From the sequence record NC_054905.1: 64,000 nucleotides of DNA, one strand, 5' to 3'. This document shows positions 50,893 through 62,015 of this stretch, piece after piece. Source of the DNA: Enterobacteria phage Kha5h. The position numbers and the translations under genes are program-made. Position 1 is the first letter of the stretch. Each line of letters begins with the position of its first letter. The notes beneath the pieces were generated by a model. The model searched no databases, was not told the origin of the DNA, and saw nothing but the letters and a program-made list of their open reading frames with translations.

Positions 50893-53589
50893 TCAGCCAA
50901 ACAGGAAGTCTAACGAAGCTTTTTCTTCATAGTCCATGCCAGCCGATTCACACATACCCGCAAGCGGTTTAACAAACGATTTTTGGAACAAAGTTGAGTA
51001 GTCAATCCAAGACAGTACGTCAGAACGAATTTCTTTTGGAAGTTCTGTACCCGACGGCCAAGCAATGCATTTGTCACCAAATGGATTTCCTTCACGCAAT
51101 GGAAGAACCATTACTTTATTTCCATCCAAAATTGGAGCTACACCTAAACCGCTAACAGCTCGACGATAAGTTAGCACACCACGAATATGGAACGGACATT
51201 TAAATCCTGGCCAACCTTTATCATCATATTTCGCTATATCGTTCGCAGTTTTTACTTCAGCAATAACTTTATAGTCAAGTTGACGATATTCTTTCTCGAA
51301 GTTCTTGTAATATTCTTGGACAGACTCTTCACCTTCCTGAAGAATACGACGAATACTTTCTTCGAGAGCTTCTTGAACCGCTTTAGGCGTTGAACTTTGC
51401 TGAGTTTCCATACCCATGATTTTTAGATGCGGTTCAGCAAATCGCTTATCTTCCATATCATAAACGTTCAGAGCATAACGCTTTTTCGCTTTCCAAAATC
51501 CACCAACACCCTTTGAACCAAGCGGAGGGCAAGAAATAGCTTCACGGTCCATATGCATCAGATGCTCGCGGTTATTCATATAATCACATAACTCACGATA
51601 TGCAACATCAATCATAGGTTCCATCTTTTTCTTACCGAACTGATTCATAAATTCAACCAAATCGTTCTGCTCTTTGAATCGGTCAAGACCTACTTTTTCA
51701 ATAACTTTATCTACGCAAACATATACCGAATCAGTATCACCTGCTGCGATGAAATCTTCGCCATTAGTTCCGCACACTTTATTCAGATACTCATTAATTT
51801 TACGAGCAATCCACTGAATACCAACTTGGCCGAAAATTGTGATAGCAGTAGCATTTCGCAAATCATAGTAACGGAAATGAATATTACCAAGAGCACCGTA
51901 AAGGCTGTTAATAAGAATTTTACGGTTCAGCTGATTTGTATTAGCAAGTGTAGCTGCTTTTTCACATTCCTCAATCAGACTATTGAGAACAGATTCAGTA
52001 TAATTCGATAGTTCATTTAAGAAATCATCATTGAACTTAACATATCGTTCAACTTCTGGTTTAGTTGAACAAGACCCTGCGCCTTTCATAATAATCTTTT
52101 TAATAGCTTCGGCATTCATTTCTTCAGCGAACATTTTCTTTTTCCAATCTTTACGCTGGAAAAATACTTTAGCGATTTCCTTTGGAATGATACCTTCTTG
52201 ATGCTTATCGTACATCCATCCATTCGGAGAACAAGAATATTCATCACTCGGTTTAGGAGCTGTTCCTGCGATATATTCATGAATTGGATGAACTTTAAAC
52301 TGACCACGAATAGTCTCAGGACTAATGTTAACCTGACGAATAATGCTCGGATACAGAGACGTCAAGTCAAAACTCATAATATATCGACGAGCAATTGGTT
52401 TAGGTTCAAATACAAATGCACCCGGAAAACTTTGTTTAACGTGCGAACCTTGTTGAGGAATAACCTTGTGTTCACCTTTCAATGAGTTAAAAATAATAGC
52501 ATCCCAAGTTTTAATAGGACTCATTACACCAGAAAAAGGCATTTTAGCGTAATAAGACATACTTAAAACTAGATCGATAAACCCGCGAATTTTATCAATT
52601 GCTTGAACTGATTCTACGTCAATGATGTTATAACTAATGTATCGTTGATGATTAGTCTCACGAAGTTTATTAATAGGACCGTCGTATGGTAATTTACCTT
52701 TTTTGGTTTCATGTTGAGCAACTGATTCCAAAGAGAATGACGGCAAATTAGTAAAAGCAAATTTCTTGTACAAATCTAAATAATCAAGAATAGATACGCC
52801 ATCAATAGAATAAATTTCTTTGCTGCCGTACATATTTTGAATTAGTTTAGATTTTACTCGACCGATTGGAGAGAAGCGTTTCATACTACGTTCACCGAGA
52901 ACCATTTTAACGCGATTCATGATATACGGAACGTCAAATCCCTCAATATTCCAACCAGTAAAAATAGCAGGTCGTTTCTGTTCCCAGAGATTGATATATT
53001 CCATGAGCATATCACGCTCATTATCGAATGGCATATAAATTACTCGGTCAAGAATTTCTTGAGGAACTTCATCACCACCTTCACAGTCAAGCTTAGCAGC
53101 TAACTTTGCATCCCATTTTGATACTGAACCGTACATTGAATTCAAAAGGTCGAAAACATAAAAACGATCATCAATTGAATCGTAATGAGTGATAGCATCA
53201 ATTTCATATTCAGCTTTCATTGGGTCAGGAAATTTATCACCAGTAACCTCAATGTCACAGTTAGCTACACGAACAAATTTTCGGTCATAAACAATTTCTG
53301 AACCGTATGTATCACTGATATAAGCGAGTTTAAAATCGTTCATACCGAGAGCTTCGAGACCGATGTCTTCCATTCGTTTCATCCAATCTCGAGCATCTTT
53401 CATTGATGGAAATTTTTGAGGAGCGCAGTTTTTACCATAGATGTCTTTGTATTTTGACTCTTCCTTACAATGCCTAAACATAGTTGGAAGATATTCTACT
53501 TCACGAGTACGTTCCTTTCCGTTTTCATCAATATAACGTTCAACAATGTTATTTCCAACTGTTTCGATAGAGATATAAAATTCTTTCAT
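50893..53589 (-). CDS. 43: DNA polymerase gp43 (family B)
   Basis: 898 aa, sequence and length as T4 gp43. Confidence 0.97.
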   Translation of the reverse strand: MKEFYISIETVGNNIVERYIDENGKERTREVEYLPTMFRHCKEESKYKDIYGKNCAPQKFPSMKDARDWMKRMEDIGLEALGMNDFKLAYISDTYGSEIVYDRKFVRVANCDIEVTGDKFPDPMKAEYEIDAITHYDSIDDRFYVFDLLNSMYGSVSKWDAKLAAKLDCEGGDEVPQEILDRVIYMPFDNERDMLMEYINLWEQKRPAIFTGWNIEGFDVPYIMNRVKMVLGERSMKRFSPIGRVKSKLIQNMYGSKEIYSIDGVSILDYLDLYKKFAFTNLPSFSLESVAQHETKKGKLPYDGPINKLRETNHQRYISYNIIDVESVQAIDKIRGFIDLVLSMSYYAKMPFSGVMSPIKTWDAIIFNSLKGEHKVIPQQGSHVKQSFPGAFVFEPKPIARRYIMSFDLTSLYPSIIRQVNISPETIRGQFKVHPIHEYIAGTAPKPSDEYSCSPNGWMYDKHQEGIIPKEIAKVFFQRKDWKKKMFAEEMNAEAIKKIIMKGAGSCSTKPEVERYVKFNDDFLNELSNYTESVLNSLIEECEKAATLANTNQLNRKILINSLYGALGNIHFRYYDLRNATAITIFGQVGIQWIARKINEYLNKVCGTNGEDFIAAGDTDSVYVCVDKVIEKVGLDRFKEQNDLVEFMNQFGKKKMEPMIDVAYRELCDYMNNREHLMHMDREAISCPPLGSKGVGGFWKAKKRYALNVYDMEDKRFAEPHLKIMGMETQQSSTPKAVQEALEESIRRILQEGEESVQEYYKNFEKEYRQLDYKVIAEVKTANDIAKYDDKGWPGFKCPFHIRGVLTYRRAVSGLGVAPILDGNKVMVLPLREGNPFGDKCIAWPSGTELPKEIRSDVLSWIDYSTLFQKSFVKPLAGMCESAGMDYEEKASLDFLFG

Positions 53590-53649
53590 AGATATTCCTT
53601 AGTTTATAGCCCGAGTTATTAGGCTCTTGATATATTATACTCCAAATAA

Positions 53650-53663
53650 GGGGCCGAAGCCCC
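53650..53663 (-). promoter_or_regulatory. UUCG-tetraloop hairpin
   Basis: ggggc cgaa gcccc. Confidence 0.45.
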
Positions 53664-53669
53664 TTTGCT

Positions 53670-53906
53670 TTAAATTTCTACTGTACAACGCGATATAACG
53701 GACTTGCCATCTTTATTTGTGGTTTTGATAATCGCATGAAATGCGCGTTGGCGTGGGTAAACTAATCGTTGGAATTCTTTTTGGAATTCTATTTGTTTAT
53801 CTTCCGGGAGGTCAAAAACCAGTTGGGTAGAAGACAGACCATATGTTTGTTTTAGATTTTCGAATATTAGAAAAGCTTCGGTAAACTGAATCTCTGATTG
53901 TGTCAT
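53670..53906 (-). CDS. hypothetical protein (78 aa)
   Basis: ATG 53906 preceded by AAGGT; track ORF extends upstream into regA. Confidence 0.5.
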   Translation of the reverse strand: MTQSEIQFTEAFLIFENLKQTYGLSSTQLVFDLPEDKQIEFQKEFQRLVYPRQRAFHAIIKTTNKDGKSVISRCTVEI

Positions 53907-53916
53907 ATAATTTACC

Positions 53917-54285
53917 TTAATTACCAATCGTATATTTAGGAACGAGTTTCCATTCATGTTTTTGTTTAAAAGAAATAACTCGGAAGTTATTAGTTAAATC
54001 TTTCATAAAAGTTCTTTGACCAGGAACGATTTCAATCAGTCCCCAATCTTCTAACAACCATGCAATCGAATCACGACGAACTTCATCTTCTTCTGTCATT
54101 TCAACTTGACGGCCATCCATACGAAGCATTTCTTTAAAATGAACGATATAGTATAGTCCTTTTTTCTGAAGAATATGACAGGACTGATACAGAACTTTAT
54201 CTTTATTATTAGCAATTCCCATACGAGTCAAAGTTTCTTTTACTTTCAGAAAATCTTCAGGTTTTTTAAGAGTAATTTCAATCAT
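53917..54285 (-). CDS. regA: translational repressor RegA
   Basis: 122 aa, MIEITLKKPEDFLKVKETLTRMGIANNKDKVLYQSCHILQKKG... Confidence 0.92.
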   Translation of the reverse strand: MIEITLKKPEDFLKVKETLTRMGIANNKDKVLYQSCHILQKKGLYYIVHFKEMLRMDGRQVEMTEEDEVRRDSIAWLLEDWGLIEIVPGQRTFMKDLTNNFRVISFKQKHEWKLVPKYTIGN

Positions 54286-54286
54286 T

Positions 54287-54850
54287 TTACCATTCCAATG
54301 CTAGTTTTTTGAGTTGTTTCTGTTCTTTTACGTTCTTAGTCACTTCTTTTAAAAAATCATCCGTGACTAATCCTTTAAGTTCTTTTAATACTAAAGGTAG
54401 TTTTCCATTTTTAGTAAGAATTGATTTATAGTTAATTGCATCATTTGTATTAACTTGATACCGCTTAGCAAGTAACTTAATAATCAATACTTCGGTGGAA
54501 TCTTCAACTAGTTTTGCCCATTTACCATATCTTTTACCACGAGGAACTGCAGCCATTAGATAATTAAAATGAGCTTCATCACTTAAGCCTGATCCAATTA
54601 AATTCATAGCATATACAGCTGGCATGCACTCTGGAAATTGTGATAATGCATTTTCAACCATGAATTTTGAATAATCTTTTTGAGCAATAGAGCATTTAGT
54701 TTTATTATTAATAGCTCCAATTATTTCAAAAAATTCATTTTCAGCTTTTTCTTTAAAAGTATCAGCAGCAGATTGGACAGCTGTCCAATCTTTAGAATAC
54801 CAAGCAACTTGATGCTCGTTTAATTGAATATCATCTTCAAATAAGCTCAT
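54287..54850 (-). CDS. 62: clamp loader small subunit gp62
   Basis: 187 aa from ATG 54850 ([22 protein letters not shown]...). Confidence 0.9.
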   Translation of the reverse strand: MSLFEDDIQLNEHQVAWYSKDWTAVQSAADTFKEKAENEFFEIIGAINNKTKCSIAQKDYSKFMVENALSQFPECMPAVYAMNLIGSGLSDEAHFNYLMAAVPRGKRYGKWAKLVEDSTEVLIIKLLAKRYQVNTNDAINYKSILTKNGKLPLVLKELKGLVTDDFLKEVTKNVKEQKQLKKLALEW

Positions 54851-54851
54851 A

Positions 54852-55811
54852 TCACTTCCACTGCATTTCACATGCTAATTGAATGAAAAGATAAACTAAA
54901 TGTAATTCAGTGTTAGCTGCAATTCCATGATACTGATTATTTTCACCAACAATTTCGTACATACGAATAATACTTTGTGGAGTTACACGTGAATAGATTT
55001 CTTCGGCAAGTTTACCCACGAACCACGAATAATCGGCTGCATATTTTGGTGCTAAAGCTCTGAGTTGTTTAACATCTTTATTTTTGAGAGACTCAAGAAC
55101 ATCATCAATAGCACCACGATCGTTAGTAACCAGTGATAAAATACCAGCATCCAAAACACCTTTAGATGAATAACTATCGAGCTCGCCAATAGTTTTACGA
55201 AAATCAGGAAAATTCTTTTTAACCAAAGCTGCTACAACTTTCATATCAGCTATAGCAATACCTTCATGTTTACAGATTTCAGTCAATCGACGAATCATCT
55301 GCTTCATCATTTCAATTTTATCTTCATCGGTCGGTTGACCGAATGTAATAACTCGGCAGCGTGACTGAAGTGGTTTAATAATACCATCAATATTGTTAGC
55401 AGTAATAATAATACTACAGTTTGAACTATAAGCTTCCATAAAGGAACGAAGATGTCGCTGAGATTCTGCTAAACCTGAACGGTCAAATTCATCAATAACA
55501 ATTACCTTTTGACGACCATCAAATGAAGCGGCGCTGGCAAAATTAGTCAAAGGACCACGAACGAAATCAATTTTACAGTCTGATCCATTCACAAACATCA
55601 TATCAGCATTTACATCATGACACAATGCTTTTGCTACAGTTGTTTTACCTGTTCCTGGAGAAGGAGAATGAAGAATAATATGTGGAATCTTACCTTTACT
55701 TGTAATAGATTTAAAGGTTTCTTTATCAAAGGCGGGAAGAATACATTCATCGATAGTAGATGGACGATATTTCTGTTCAAGAATGTGTTCTTTTTCATTT
55801 ACGGTAATCAT
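54852..55811 (-). CDS. 44: clamp loader ATPase gp44
   Basis: 319 aa from ATG 55811; Walker [11 protein letters not shown]. Confidence 0.95.
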   Translation of the reverse strand: MITVNEKEHILEQKYRPSTIDECILPAFDKETFKSITSKGKIPHIILHSPSPGTGKTTVAKALCHDVNADMMFVNGSDCKIDFVRGPLTNFASAASFDGRQKVIVIDEFDRSGLAESQRHLRSFMEAYSSNCSIIITANNIDGIIKPLQSRCRVITFGQPTDEDKIEMMKQMIRRLTEICKHEGIAIADMKVVAALVKKNFPDFRKTIGELDSYSSKGVLDAGILSLVTNDRGAIDDVLESLKNKDVKQLRALAPKYAADYSWFVGKLAEEIYSRVTPQSIIRMYEIVGENNQYHGIAANTELHLVYLFIQLACEMQWK

Positions 55812-55846
55812 AATTTCCTCATTCAAGTTTTAGTGTAAATTATAAA

Positions 55847-55858
55847 GGGCCGAAGCCC
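55847..55858 (-). promoter_or_regulatory. UUCG-tetraloop hairpin between genes 45 and 44
   Basis: gggc cgaa gccc. Confidence 0.45.
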
Positions 55859-55862
55859 TCTA

Positions 55863-56549
55863 TTAAAAATCGTGGGTAGAATCAGCTTCAAGAGCTACTA
55901 CATAATTCGCGTGTTCACCTTCAAATTTAGCAGCGCCTTGTTTACCTTTTGCCCAGAGCAGAAGTTTATAATTTCCTGGTTGCATTTTCATATTTGCCAT
56001 ATTGATAATGAAATTAAATGTATTTTCACCATCATAATCACCAAGAGTCAAAGAATATTTAACACGGGTCAGAGCAGAATCTTCTACTTTATTAAAACCG
56101 TTAATTACGATTTTACCTTCTTTTACCGTGATAGCAATTGTATCAATTTGCAGACCACGAGATACACGCAACAGTTGTTGAAGGTCTTCAGCTTTAATTT
56201 CAGTAACAACAGATGCTACCGGGAATGGAATTGGTTTATTAGGAGCAACTACTGTACTCGGATCGGCTGCTGGCCAAAAAATTGTTGAACGAGCATCAGC
56301 AATTTTAATATTTCCATCTTCTGACTGGGAAATTTCTGCATCATCATTAACTAGCGACAGAATACCGAGAAAACCGTTCAAATCGTAAATTGCTACATCA
56401 AAATCAATAACGTCAGAAATATTTGCTTCCGCATAAGTTGTACCATTAACTGCGCGAGTCATAATAAATTGACCGGATTTAAGCATAATACCAGAGTTAA
56501 TAGTAGCGAAATTTTTAAGCAGAGCAGTAGTATCTTTAGACAGTTTCAT
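55863..56549 (-). CDS. 45: sliding clamp gp45
   Basis: 228 aa, sequence and length. Confidence 0.95.
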   Translation of the reverse strand: MKLSKDTTALLKNFATINSGIMLKSGQFIMTRAVNGTTYAEANISDVIDFDVAIYDLNGFLGILSLVNDDAEISQSEDGNIKIADARSTIFWPAADPSTVVAPNKPIPFPVASVVTEIKAEDLQQLLRVSRGLQIDTIAITVKEGKIVINGFNKVEDSALTRVKYSLTLGDYDGENTFNFIINMANMKMQPGNYKLLLWAKGKQGAAKFEGEHANYVVALEADSTHDF

Positions 56550-56604
56550 GTAATTTCCTTCAATTCAAATGAGATTTAATTTTATAACTAATTTAATAAA
56601 GCAA

Positions 56605-56994
56605 TTAACGATTAAAATCAGCTGCGATTGTTTCGGCAACAATTTGAGCAGCAACAATCAGACGTTCATCTGCATTGCCGCAATATTCATCTTCAAGGCG
56701 TTCACCACATGAAGTCATAATAAATTTAGCACCGGCGTTTAGGGATTCTGCAGTATGTTTGCGCATTAGTTCAATCCATTTATTACTTACTTCACGATCG
56801 ATAGCTTCATAATACGCATGACGAGCAGGTGCAGATTTAATTTTGTTCTGAATAACTTCCATTGCGTTATCAGAAAGAGACAAAACCCATGCTCGACGAA
56901 TTTTATTTTGGTTTTGTGGATTTGATTCAGAACGCACGTGTTTTGGCTGAATATCTTTTACATCAACAGTATAATTCACAGTAATTTTAGTCAT
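56605..56994 (-). CDS. rpbA: RNA polymerase-binding protein RpbA
   Basis: 129 aa at the T4 rpbA position. Confidence 0.75.
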   Translation of the reverse strand: MTKITVNYTVDVKDIQPKHVRSESNPQNQNKIRRAWVLSLSDNAMEVIQNKIKSAPARHAYYEAIDREVSNKWIELMRKHTAESLNAGAKFIMTSCGERLEDEYCGNADERLIVAAQIVAETIAADFNR

Positions 56995-57003
56995 AATACA
57001 CCT

Positions 57004-57192
57004 TTAGTCATAATAATCAGTAACAGTCCAAGCTTCATTTCTATTGGACATTATTTTTGTATATTCTGCTTTAAATGCATTCCTAAGCATAGATTCAGTA
57101 ACTATATGCTCTTCATTAGAAAAATTATTTCTCAGAATATATCGTTTTATTTCAGGAAAAGTTAATAGATGCTGTCCAGTTGAATATTCCAT
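57004..57192 (-). CDS. hypothetical protein (62 aa)
   Basis: track ORF. Confidence 0.55.
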   Translation of the reverse strand: MEYSTGQHLLTFPEIKRYILRNNFSNEEHIVTESMLRNAFKAEYTKIMSNRNEAWTVTDYYD

Positions 57193-57247
57193 GTTTTTCC
57201 TCCATAGAGATTATACTCTAATAAATTAAAGCATAATCTCTTATAAA

Positions 57248-58930
57248 TTAAACCATTACAGTAAATCGACCAACTTTCTTCATTTGAAGATGCTGACCGT
57301 ATGCTTGCGGGTCATGGTCTCTATGTGAAATAACAAAAACATTAGTATTTTTTAAACTATCTAAAATAGTTGAAATAGCTTTTACACCTTCAACGTCGGT
57401 CGCTGAATCAAAAACTTCATCAAGAATTAGTGTGTTTATTTTAACACCTGAAACTTTTTCAGCAATATCACGCCAAGTAAATAAAAGAGCAATATCAATT
57501 CGCGCTTTTTCACCTTGACTGAATGAAGCATAACTAAAATCTTCACGACCACGGGATTTAATTGTCTCATTAAATTCTTCATCTAATGTAAACACATAAT
57601 CCGCTTCCATTATTTTAAGATAATGGTTAATCTGCTTATTAAATAATGGAATGTACTTTTTAATAATAGCACCTTTAATACCAGAATCTTTGAGCATATC
57701 AGTCAAAATTCCTCTGTGGTATTTTTCCATTACTAAATTAGTTTTTGTCTTAACAATTTTATCAAGTTCTTCTTGAAGCAGTGCTATTTCATCAGCATGG
57801 TCAATAAACTCAGAAGATGCTTTTTCTATAGCCGCTTTAACCTTTTTAGCTTTATCTACTGTCGTGATTAGAGATTGCTTTTTATTGCGAATATCATTTG
57901 CCAACGACTGTTGGGTTTTAATATTATCTCGGTATTCATCAACAAGAACTTTTAAATTATCACGATGTGTTGAAAGCTGTTCAAACGAATGCGTACATTC
58001 AGAAACTTTATCTTTAATTTTAGAAACAACTTTATCACCTGAACTTAATTGTGACAAGCAGGTTGGACATAATCCACCTTCGTGATACATATTAATGACT
58101 TTATTATACGAGTCAATTTTTGATTTAATTAAAACTGCTTCTTGACCGATTTTATTAAATGCATCAGTTGGGTCTTCATCCAAAACAATATTAACTAATC
58201 TTTCATTAGCTTCTTCTATTTCCGATTTTAGCGTTCTAGCTTCTTTTGCCAAATCATCATACATATTTTGTAGACGAGTAAGGTTGTCACCAGTTAATTT
58301 TTTCTGGCGTTCAACGTTATCATTATATATTTTAATTTGTTGGATAATACTATCTTTTTTAACATCAAGCACTTGGTTCTGCGAATTTAATTCACGTATT
58401 AGTGCTTTATTAAGCTTATCCATTTCAGCTAATGTTCCTACCTCAAGCAGGTCTTCCACAAGCTTTCTTCGTGCAGGGGTCGACAAACCCATGAAAGGGG
58501 TATACCCTGCTGTACCAAGGACAACAATCTGCTTGAAACTGGCATATGACATTCCGATAAGCTGTTCAAATTCTGCTTGGAAATCTTTACTGCTGGCAGA
58601 TTCATTAAGACGTGTACCGTTAACGGTGATTTCGAAAACGTTTGGTTTTTGTCCTCTTTTGATATAATACTTTTTCTCATCATATTCCATCCACAGTTCA
58701 ACTAAAAGTTCTTTCTTATTTGTGCTGTTTATTAATTGACCTTTCTTTACATCACGAAATGGCTTGCCAAAAAGCCCAAATGTGATGGCTTCTAACATAG
58801 TAGACTTACCACCGCCATTTCGTCCAGTAATAAGAGTTTTTTGAACCTTATCTAGTTGAATGTCAATAGGATTTCCACCTACTGACATTATATTTTGATA
58901 CCTAACTCGGTTTAGTTTAAAATTCTTCAC
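57248..58930 (-). CDS. 46: recombination endonuclease subunit gp46 (Rad50/SbcC-like)
   Basis: 560 aa; Walker A GRNGGGKST, coiled-coil middle, CPTC zinc hook. Confidence 0.95.
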   Translation of the reverse strand: MKNFKLNRVRYQNIMSVGGNPIDIQLDKVQKTLITGRNGGGKSTMLEAITFGLFGKPFRDVKKGQLINSTNKKELLVELWMEYDEKKYYIKRGQKPNVFEITVNGTRLNESASSKDFQAEFEQLIGMSYASFKQIVVLGTAGYTPFMGLSTPARRKLVEDLLEVGTLAEMDKLNKALIRELNSQNQVLDVKKDSIIQQIKIYNDNVERQKKLTGDNLTRLQNMYDDLAKEARTLKSEIEEANERLVNIVLDEDPTDAFNKIGQEAVLIKSKIDSYNKVINMYHEGGLCPTCLSQLSSGDKVVSKIKDKVSECTHSFEQLSTHRDNLKVLVDEYRDNIKTQQSLANDIRNKKQSLITTVDKAKKVKAAIEKASSEFIDHADEIALLQEELDKIVKTKTNLVMEKYHRGILTDMLKDSGIKGAIIKKYIPLFNKQINHYLKIMEADYVFTLDEEFNETIKSRGREDFSYASFSQGEKARIDIALLFTWRDIAEKVSGVKINTLILDEVFDSATDVEGVKAISTILDSLKNTNVFVISHRDHDPQAYGQHLQMKKVGRFTVMV

Positions 58931-59190
58931 AAAAGATTCCTTTTAATGTATCTTTTAGACCATTCTATCATATCATCATAATCTAAAAAGTATTCATCAA
59001 ATTCAGCCATGCAAACAACACCTTGTGCTGTTTTTGATGTAATATAAATTATTCCAACATATCTAGAATCTTCTTCGGTATAATCAATGTTTGCTATGAA
59101 TTCATCATTAATGTCAAATGTCGAAAACTTCACAGTATGCATCCTTAATACAAGATACAGCCATATCTCGTAATGATTTAGGTGTGTCAT
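58927..59190 (-). CDS. hypothetical protein (87 aa)
   Basis: track ORF. Confidence 0.5.
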   Translation of the reverse strand: MTHLNHYEIWLYLVLRMHTVKFSTFDINDEFIANIDYTEEDSRYVGIIYITSKTAQGVVCMAEFDEYFLDYDDMIEWSKRYIKRNLL

Positions 59191-59377
59191 TATCTAAAAT
59201 GTTGAAGTTAAAAGATACAGCCCAGTCAGTGCAGACTGTAACCTTTTTAATACAATTATCTTCAACCTCTAGCGGTTCAAACCAATATTCAATAATTTCT
59301 TTATGACCAATATCATCTTTTACTTCGCATTCAAAATGCTGACTCATCATAACATTTTTAAATTCATCAAAAGTCAT
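59114..59377 (-). CDS. hypothetical protein (87 aa)
   Basis: track ORF. Confidence 0.5.
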   Translation of the reverse strand: MTFDEFKNVMMSQHFECEVKDDIGHKEIIEYWFEPLEVEDNCIKKVTVCTDWAVSFNFNILDNDTPKSLRDMAVSCIKDAYCEVFDI

Positions 59378-60393
59378 TGTGTTGCCTCTACATATAGCTG
59401 ATTTGCATATTGAATAAGTGCTTCACGGTCAGAATCAGTGATGTCTGGAATTGCATTAATGTATTCTTCCATCAACGTCTGAAGAGATTGAACTTCAACT
59501 TCTTCACTATCATCTGACTCGACAGAGTTATCAATCTTTGACACAACTCGTAACGAATGCACAACTTTTTCTAGTTCAGATTCGAACTTCGTTAGATTTT
59601 TGTCTACTTCAGTTACTATAACACGTACTGATAGATTTGTAAAATCTTTATAGTCAATTTTTCCTTTAAATGGATAATGAATTCTACGATGCCAGGTAGT
59701 ATTGTTTGGAATAAATTCCATTCGTTCTGTTTCTGTATCAAACATCCAGAACCCACGAGGGTCATTCTCGTCACCTGCAGTTAGTGTCCATGGTGTCCCA
59801 ATATATCTGACGTTTGCAGCCTCAGAAATAGTATGGAAGTGACCAGACCACACTTCTTTATAAGTCTTAAGGAAATCAGGTTCAAGACCGTGAGATTTCA
59901 TTCCTTTATAAAAATAAAATCCATTCAGTTCCCAGTGACCAACACAAAAAGAAGCAGATGAAGTTTTGATGTGCTCAAGAATTTCACCAGTATTTTCTTC
60001 ACACATCCAAGGAATTAAATCAATTAAACATCCGTCAAAATCTACTGTTGTAGGCTTATCATATACTTTAACATTGGGATATTTAGCCAAAAGCTCAGTA
60101 GAAGCATTTGGATGCATTACATTTTTGTAGTGGAGATCGTGATTTCCTACAATAGTATGTAATGTGATTCCAGCATCATCAAGCATTTGAACTATTTCGC
60201 GAGCGAACTCCATAGTTTTATGCGTGATTGCTTTTCGCACATCAAAAATATCGCCGTATTGAATCCATGTAGTAATTCCATTTTTCTTAGAATATTCTAT
60301 TGCTTGTTTAATTCCATCAATTTGAATACCGCGAATCCACTCATCATCAGCTTTAACGCCTAAATGCCAATCACCTAAATTTAAAATTTTCAT
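59374..60393 (-). CDS. 47: recombination endonuclease subunit gp47 (Mre11/SbcD-like)
   Basis: 339 aa; phosphoesterase motifs GDWH, GNHD. Confidence 0.95.
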   Translation of the reverse strand: MKILNLGDWHLGVKADDEWIRGIQIDGIKQAIEYSKKNGITTWIQYGDIFDVRKAITHKTMEFAREIVQMLDDAGITLHTIVGNHDLHYKNVMHPNASTELLAKYPNVKVYDKPTTVDFDGCLIDLIPWMCEENTGEILEHIKTSSASFCVGHWELNGFYFYKGMKSHGLEPDFLKTYKEVWSGHFHTISEAANVRYIGTPWTLTAGDENDPRGFWMFDTETERMEFIPNNTTWHRRIHYPFKGKIDYKDFTNLSVRVIVTEVDKNLTKFESELEKVVHSLRVVSKIDNSVESDDSEEVEVQSLQTLMEEYINAIPDITDSDREALIQYANQLYVEATQ

Positions 60394-60530
60394 ATATCAA
60401 GAACCGTCATTGAAATGCAAAATAAAATTATTGAAATAAATCCATCTGGAGTGCTAAAGAACCCAATCCAACATGCTCTAGTGAATAGATAAAATGCAAG
60501 AAAAAGTATCACATATCCAAGAAATATCAT
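60390..60530 (-). CDS. small membrane peptide (46 aa)
   Basis: MIFLGYVILFLAFYLFTRACWIGFFSTPDGFISIILFCISMTVLDI; stop overlaps gene 47 start. Confidence 0.4.
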   Translation of the reverse strand: MIFLGYVILFLAFYLFTRACWIGFFSTPDGFISIILFCISMTVLDI

Positions 60531-60553
60531 TATATCAAACTCCGTATAAAGCT

Positions 60554-60571
60554 AAAGGGCCGAAGCCCTTT
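60554..60571 (-). terminator. UUCG-tetraloop hairpin after alpha-gt
   Basis: aaagggc cgaa gcccttt followed by T-run. Confidence 0.5.
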
Positions 60572-61772
60572 ATTTTGTAATAATGTCAAATTGCTCTTTA
60601 AAGCAGAAGCTTGAATCTTGATGCTGATACAAAAATTCATACGCTTTTTCTCGCTCACGGTCATAAAGAGCTCGGTCAGATGACAGTTCTTTAATACGCT
60701 CGAATGTTGATTCCATATCATTTTCATCAAACCAAACGATACCGCTATCATGCGAAATTAGCGGAGTATTATCAACACGGAATTTTAAATTTTCGCCAGT
60801 AGATTTCCAAAATACCGGAATTGTTCCACATGCACCAAGCTCGAGATGAGTATATTCTAAAGAACGCTGTAGATATTTTTTATCCAACTTACTCAACTGA
60901 TAACCAAATCCGGATTTACTCATACGTTCAAGCATTTCGCTATTTACATAACGGTCAAGAATTTGCGTTGGCAAATTAGGAGCAATTTTAATTTGGTCTA
61001 CTTGATGAAGACGATAATACTCGTATGGAATTCCTTTTTCTTTAATAGGAATGAACGCTGGAGAACGTTCCAGACCTTCCATAATAGTACTTAGTCCTGC
61101 AGGTTTAAGATGTTTTTCGTGAAAATCAAACATCTGATAAAAACCTTTCCATGTAGTCGTACGACCAATCCAACGGTTGATATTCATGTTAATTTCAGAA
61201 ACATCTTTCCAGTAAGTTGACCGAACCTTCGCAATATCCATAGGAGGCTGAAAGTTATATACTGTCGGTGCTTCTTCAATATCATCAAACAGAGAAACAG
61301 TTTCTGGATACCATTCTTTCATCAGAACTTTATTAAAATCACCATTATCAGAATGGCTAAAAATAACATCAGCTCGACGAACAGTTTCTTCTAATCCCAA
61401 ATTTCGGCGCAAAGAAAGAGAAGAATGGTCATGTTGATAAACTACAACACGAACAGAAGGTTTAATGTTATCAATAATTTTTTTATAGTTATTAATCGTG
61501 TCTTCTTCAACCGAAGTAGCAGGAACTGAATTGATAATTAGAATATCACAATCATTTACCAGCTTAAGTGTTTTATCATATTCTTTTGCCAATAAAACCG
61601 GAATTGAAAATGATTTATAATCATGCGCGCAATTACGAGTAAATGATTTATCTTTAGCATAAACCAAAGTCACTTCATGACCATTTTTAATAAACCAATC
61701 ACGTTGCTCGAGTGAGAATTTTGTTACACCACAACCTTCAAGACCTCGAGCCATAAAAATACATACTTTCAT
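60570..61772 (-). CDS. a-gt: DNA alpha-glucosyltransferase
   Basis: 400 aa, MKVCIFMARGLEGCGVTKFSLEQRDWFIKNGHEVTLVYAKDK... Confidence 0.9.
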   Translation of the reverse strand: MKVCIFMARGLEGCGVTKFSLEQRDWFIKNGHEVTLVYAKDKSFTRNCAHDYKSFSIPVLLAKEYDKTLKLVNDCDILIINSVPATSVEEDTINNYKKIIDNIKPSVRVVVYQHDHSSLSLRRNLGLEETVRRADVIFSHSDNGDFNKVLMKEWYPETVSLFDDIEEAPTVYNFQPPMDIAKVRSTYWKDVSEINMNINRWIGRTTTWKGFYQMFDFHEKHLKPAGLSTIMEGLERSPAFIPIKEKGIPYEYYRLHQVDQIKIAPNLPTQILDRYVNSEMLERMSKSGFGYQLSKLDKKYLQRSLEYTHLELGACGTIPVFWKSTGENLKFRVDNTPLISHDSGIVWFDENDMESTFERIKELSSDRALYDREREKAYEFLYQHQDSSFCFKEQFDIITK

Positions 61773-61824
61773 TTAATATCCTCTTTGTTTTGGTTTATTT
61801 TACCAAAAATTTATAAAGCAATAT

Positions 61825-61840
61825 AGGAGCCGAAGCTCCT
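61825..61840 (-). promoter_or_regulatory. UUCG-tetraloop hairpin
   Basis: aggagc cgaa gctcct. Confidence 0.4.
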
Positions 61841-62015
61841 ATCCGCATAATACGCCACACAGAGGCTCGTTAGAACTTTTAAATTTTATGCGCTTATATG
61901 TTATAGTTCCTTCTGCTTTAGCTTTATCATGAGACTCTTTAAAGCGTCTCATCATTTCCTCTTTAGAGGAACGAATTTTATTATAATCTATTTCAGAAGT
62001 CTGGGTGTTCATCTT

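Noticed and set aside
55872-56288. 138-aa plus-strand ORF antisense to sliding-clamp gene 45; similar antisense ORFs at 58284..58667, 20479..20829, 2609..3013 and 42541..42846
   Set aside because: They lie wholly inside well-supported minus-strand genes, lack ribosome-binding sites, and some start at TTG; most likely chance open frames.
19621-61840. CRISPR array suggested by the recurring gggccgaagccc palindromes
   Set aside because: Copies are irregularly spaced by whole genes, not by uniform spacers, and sit at gene 3' ends; they are terminator or stability hairpins.
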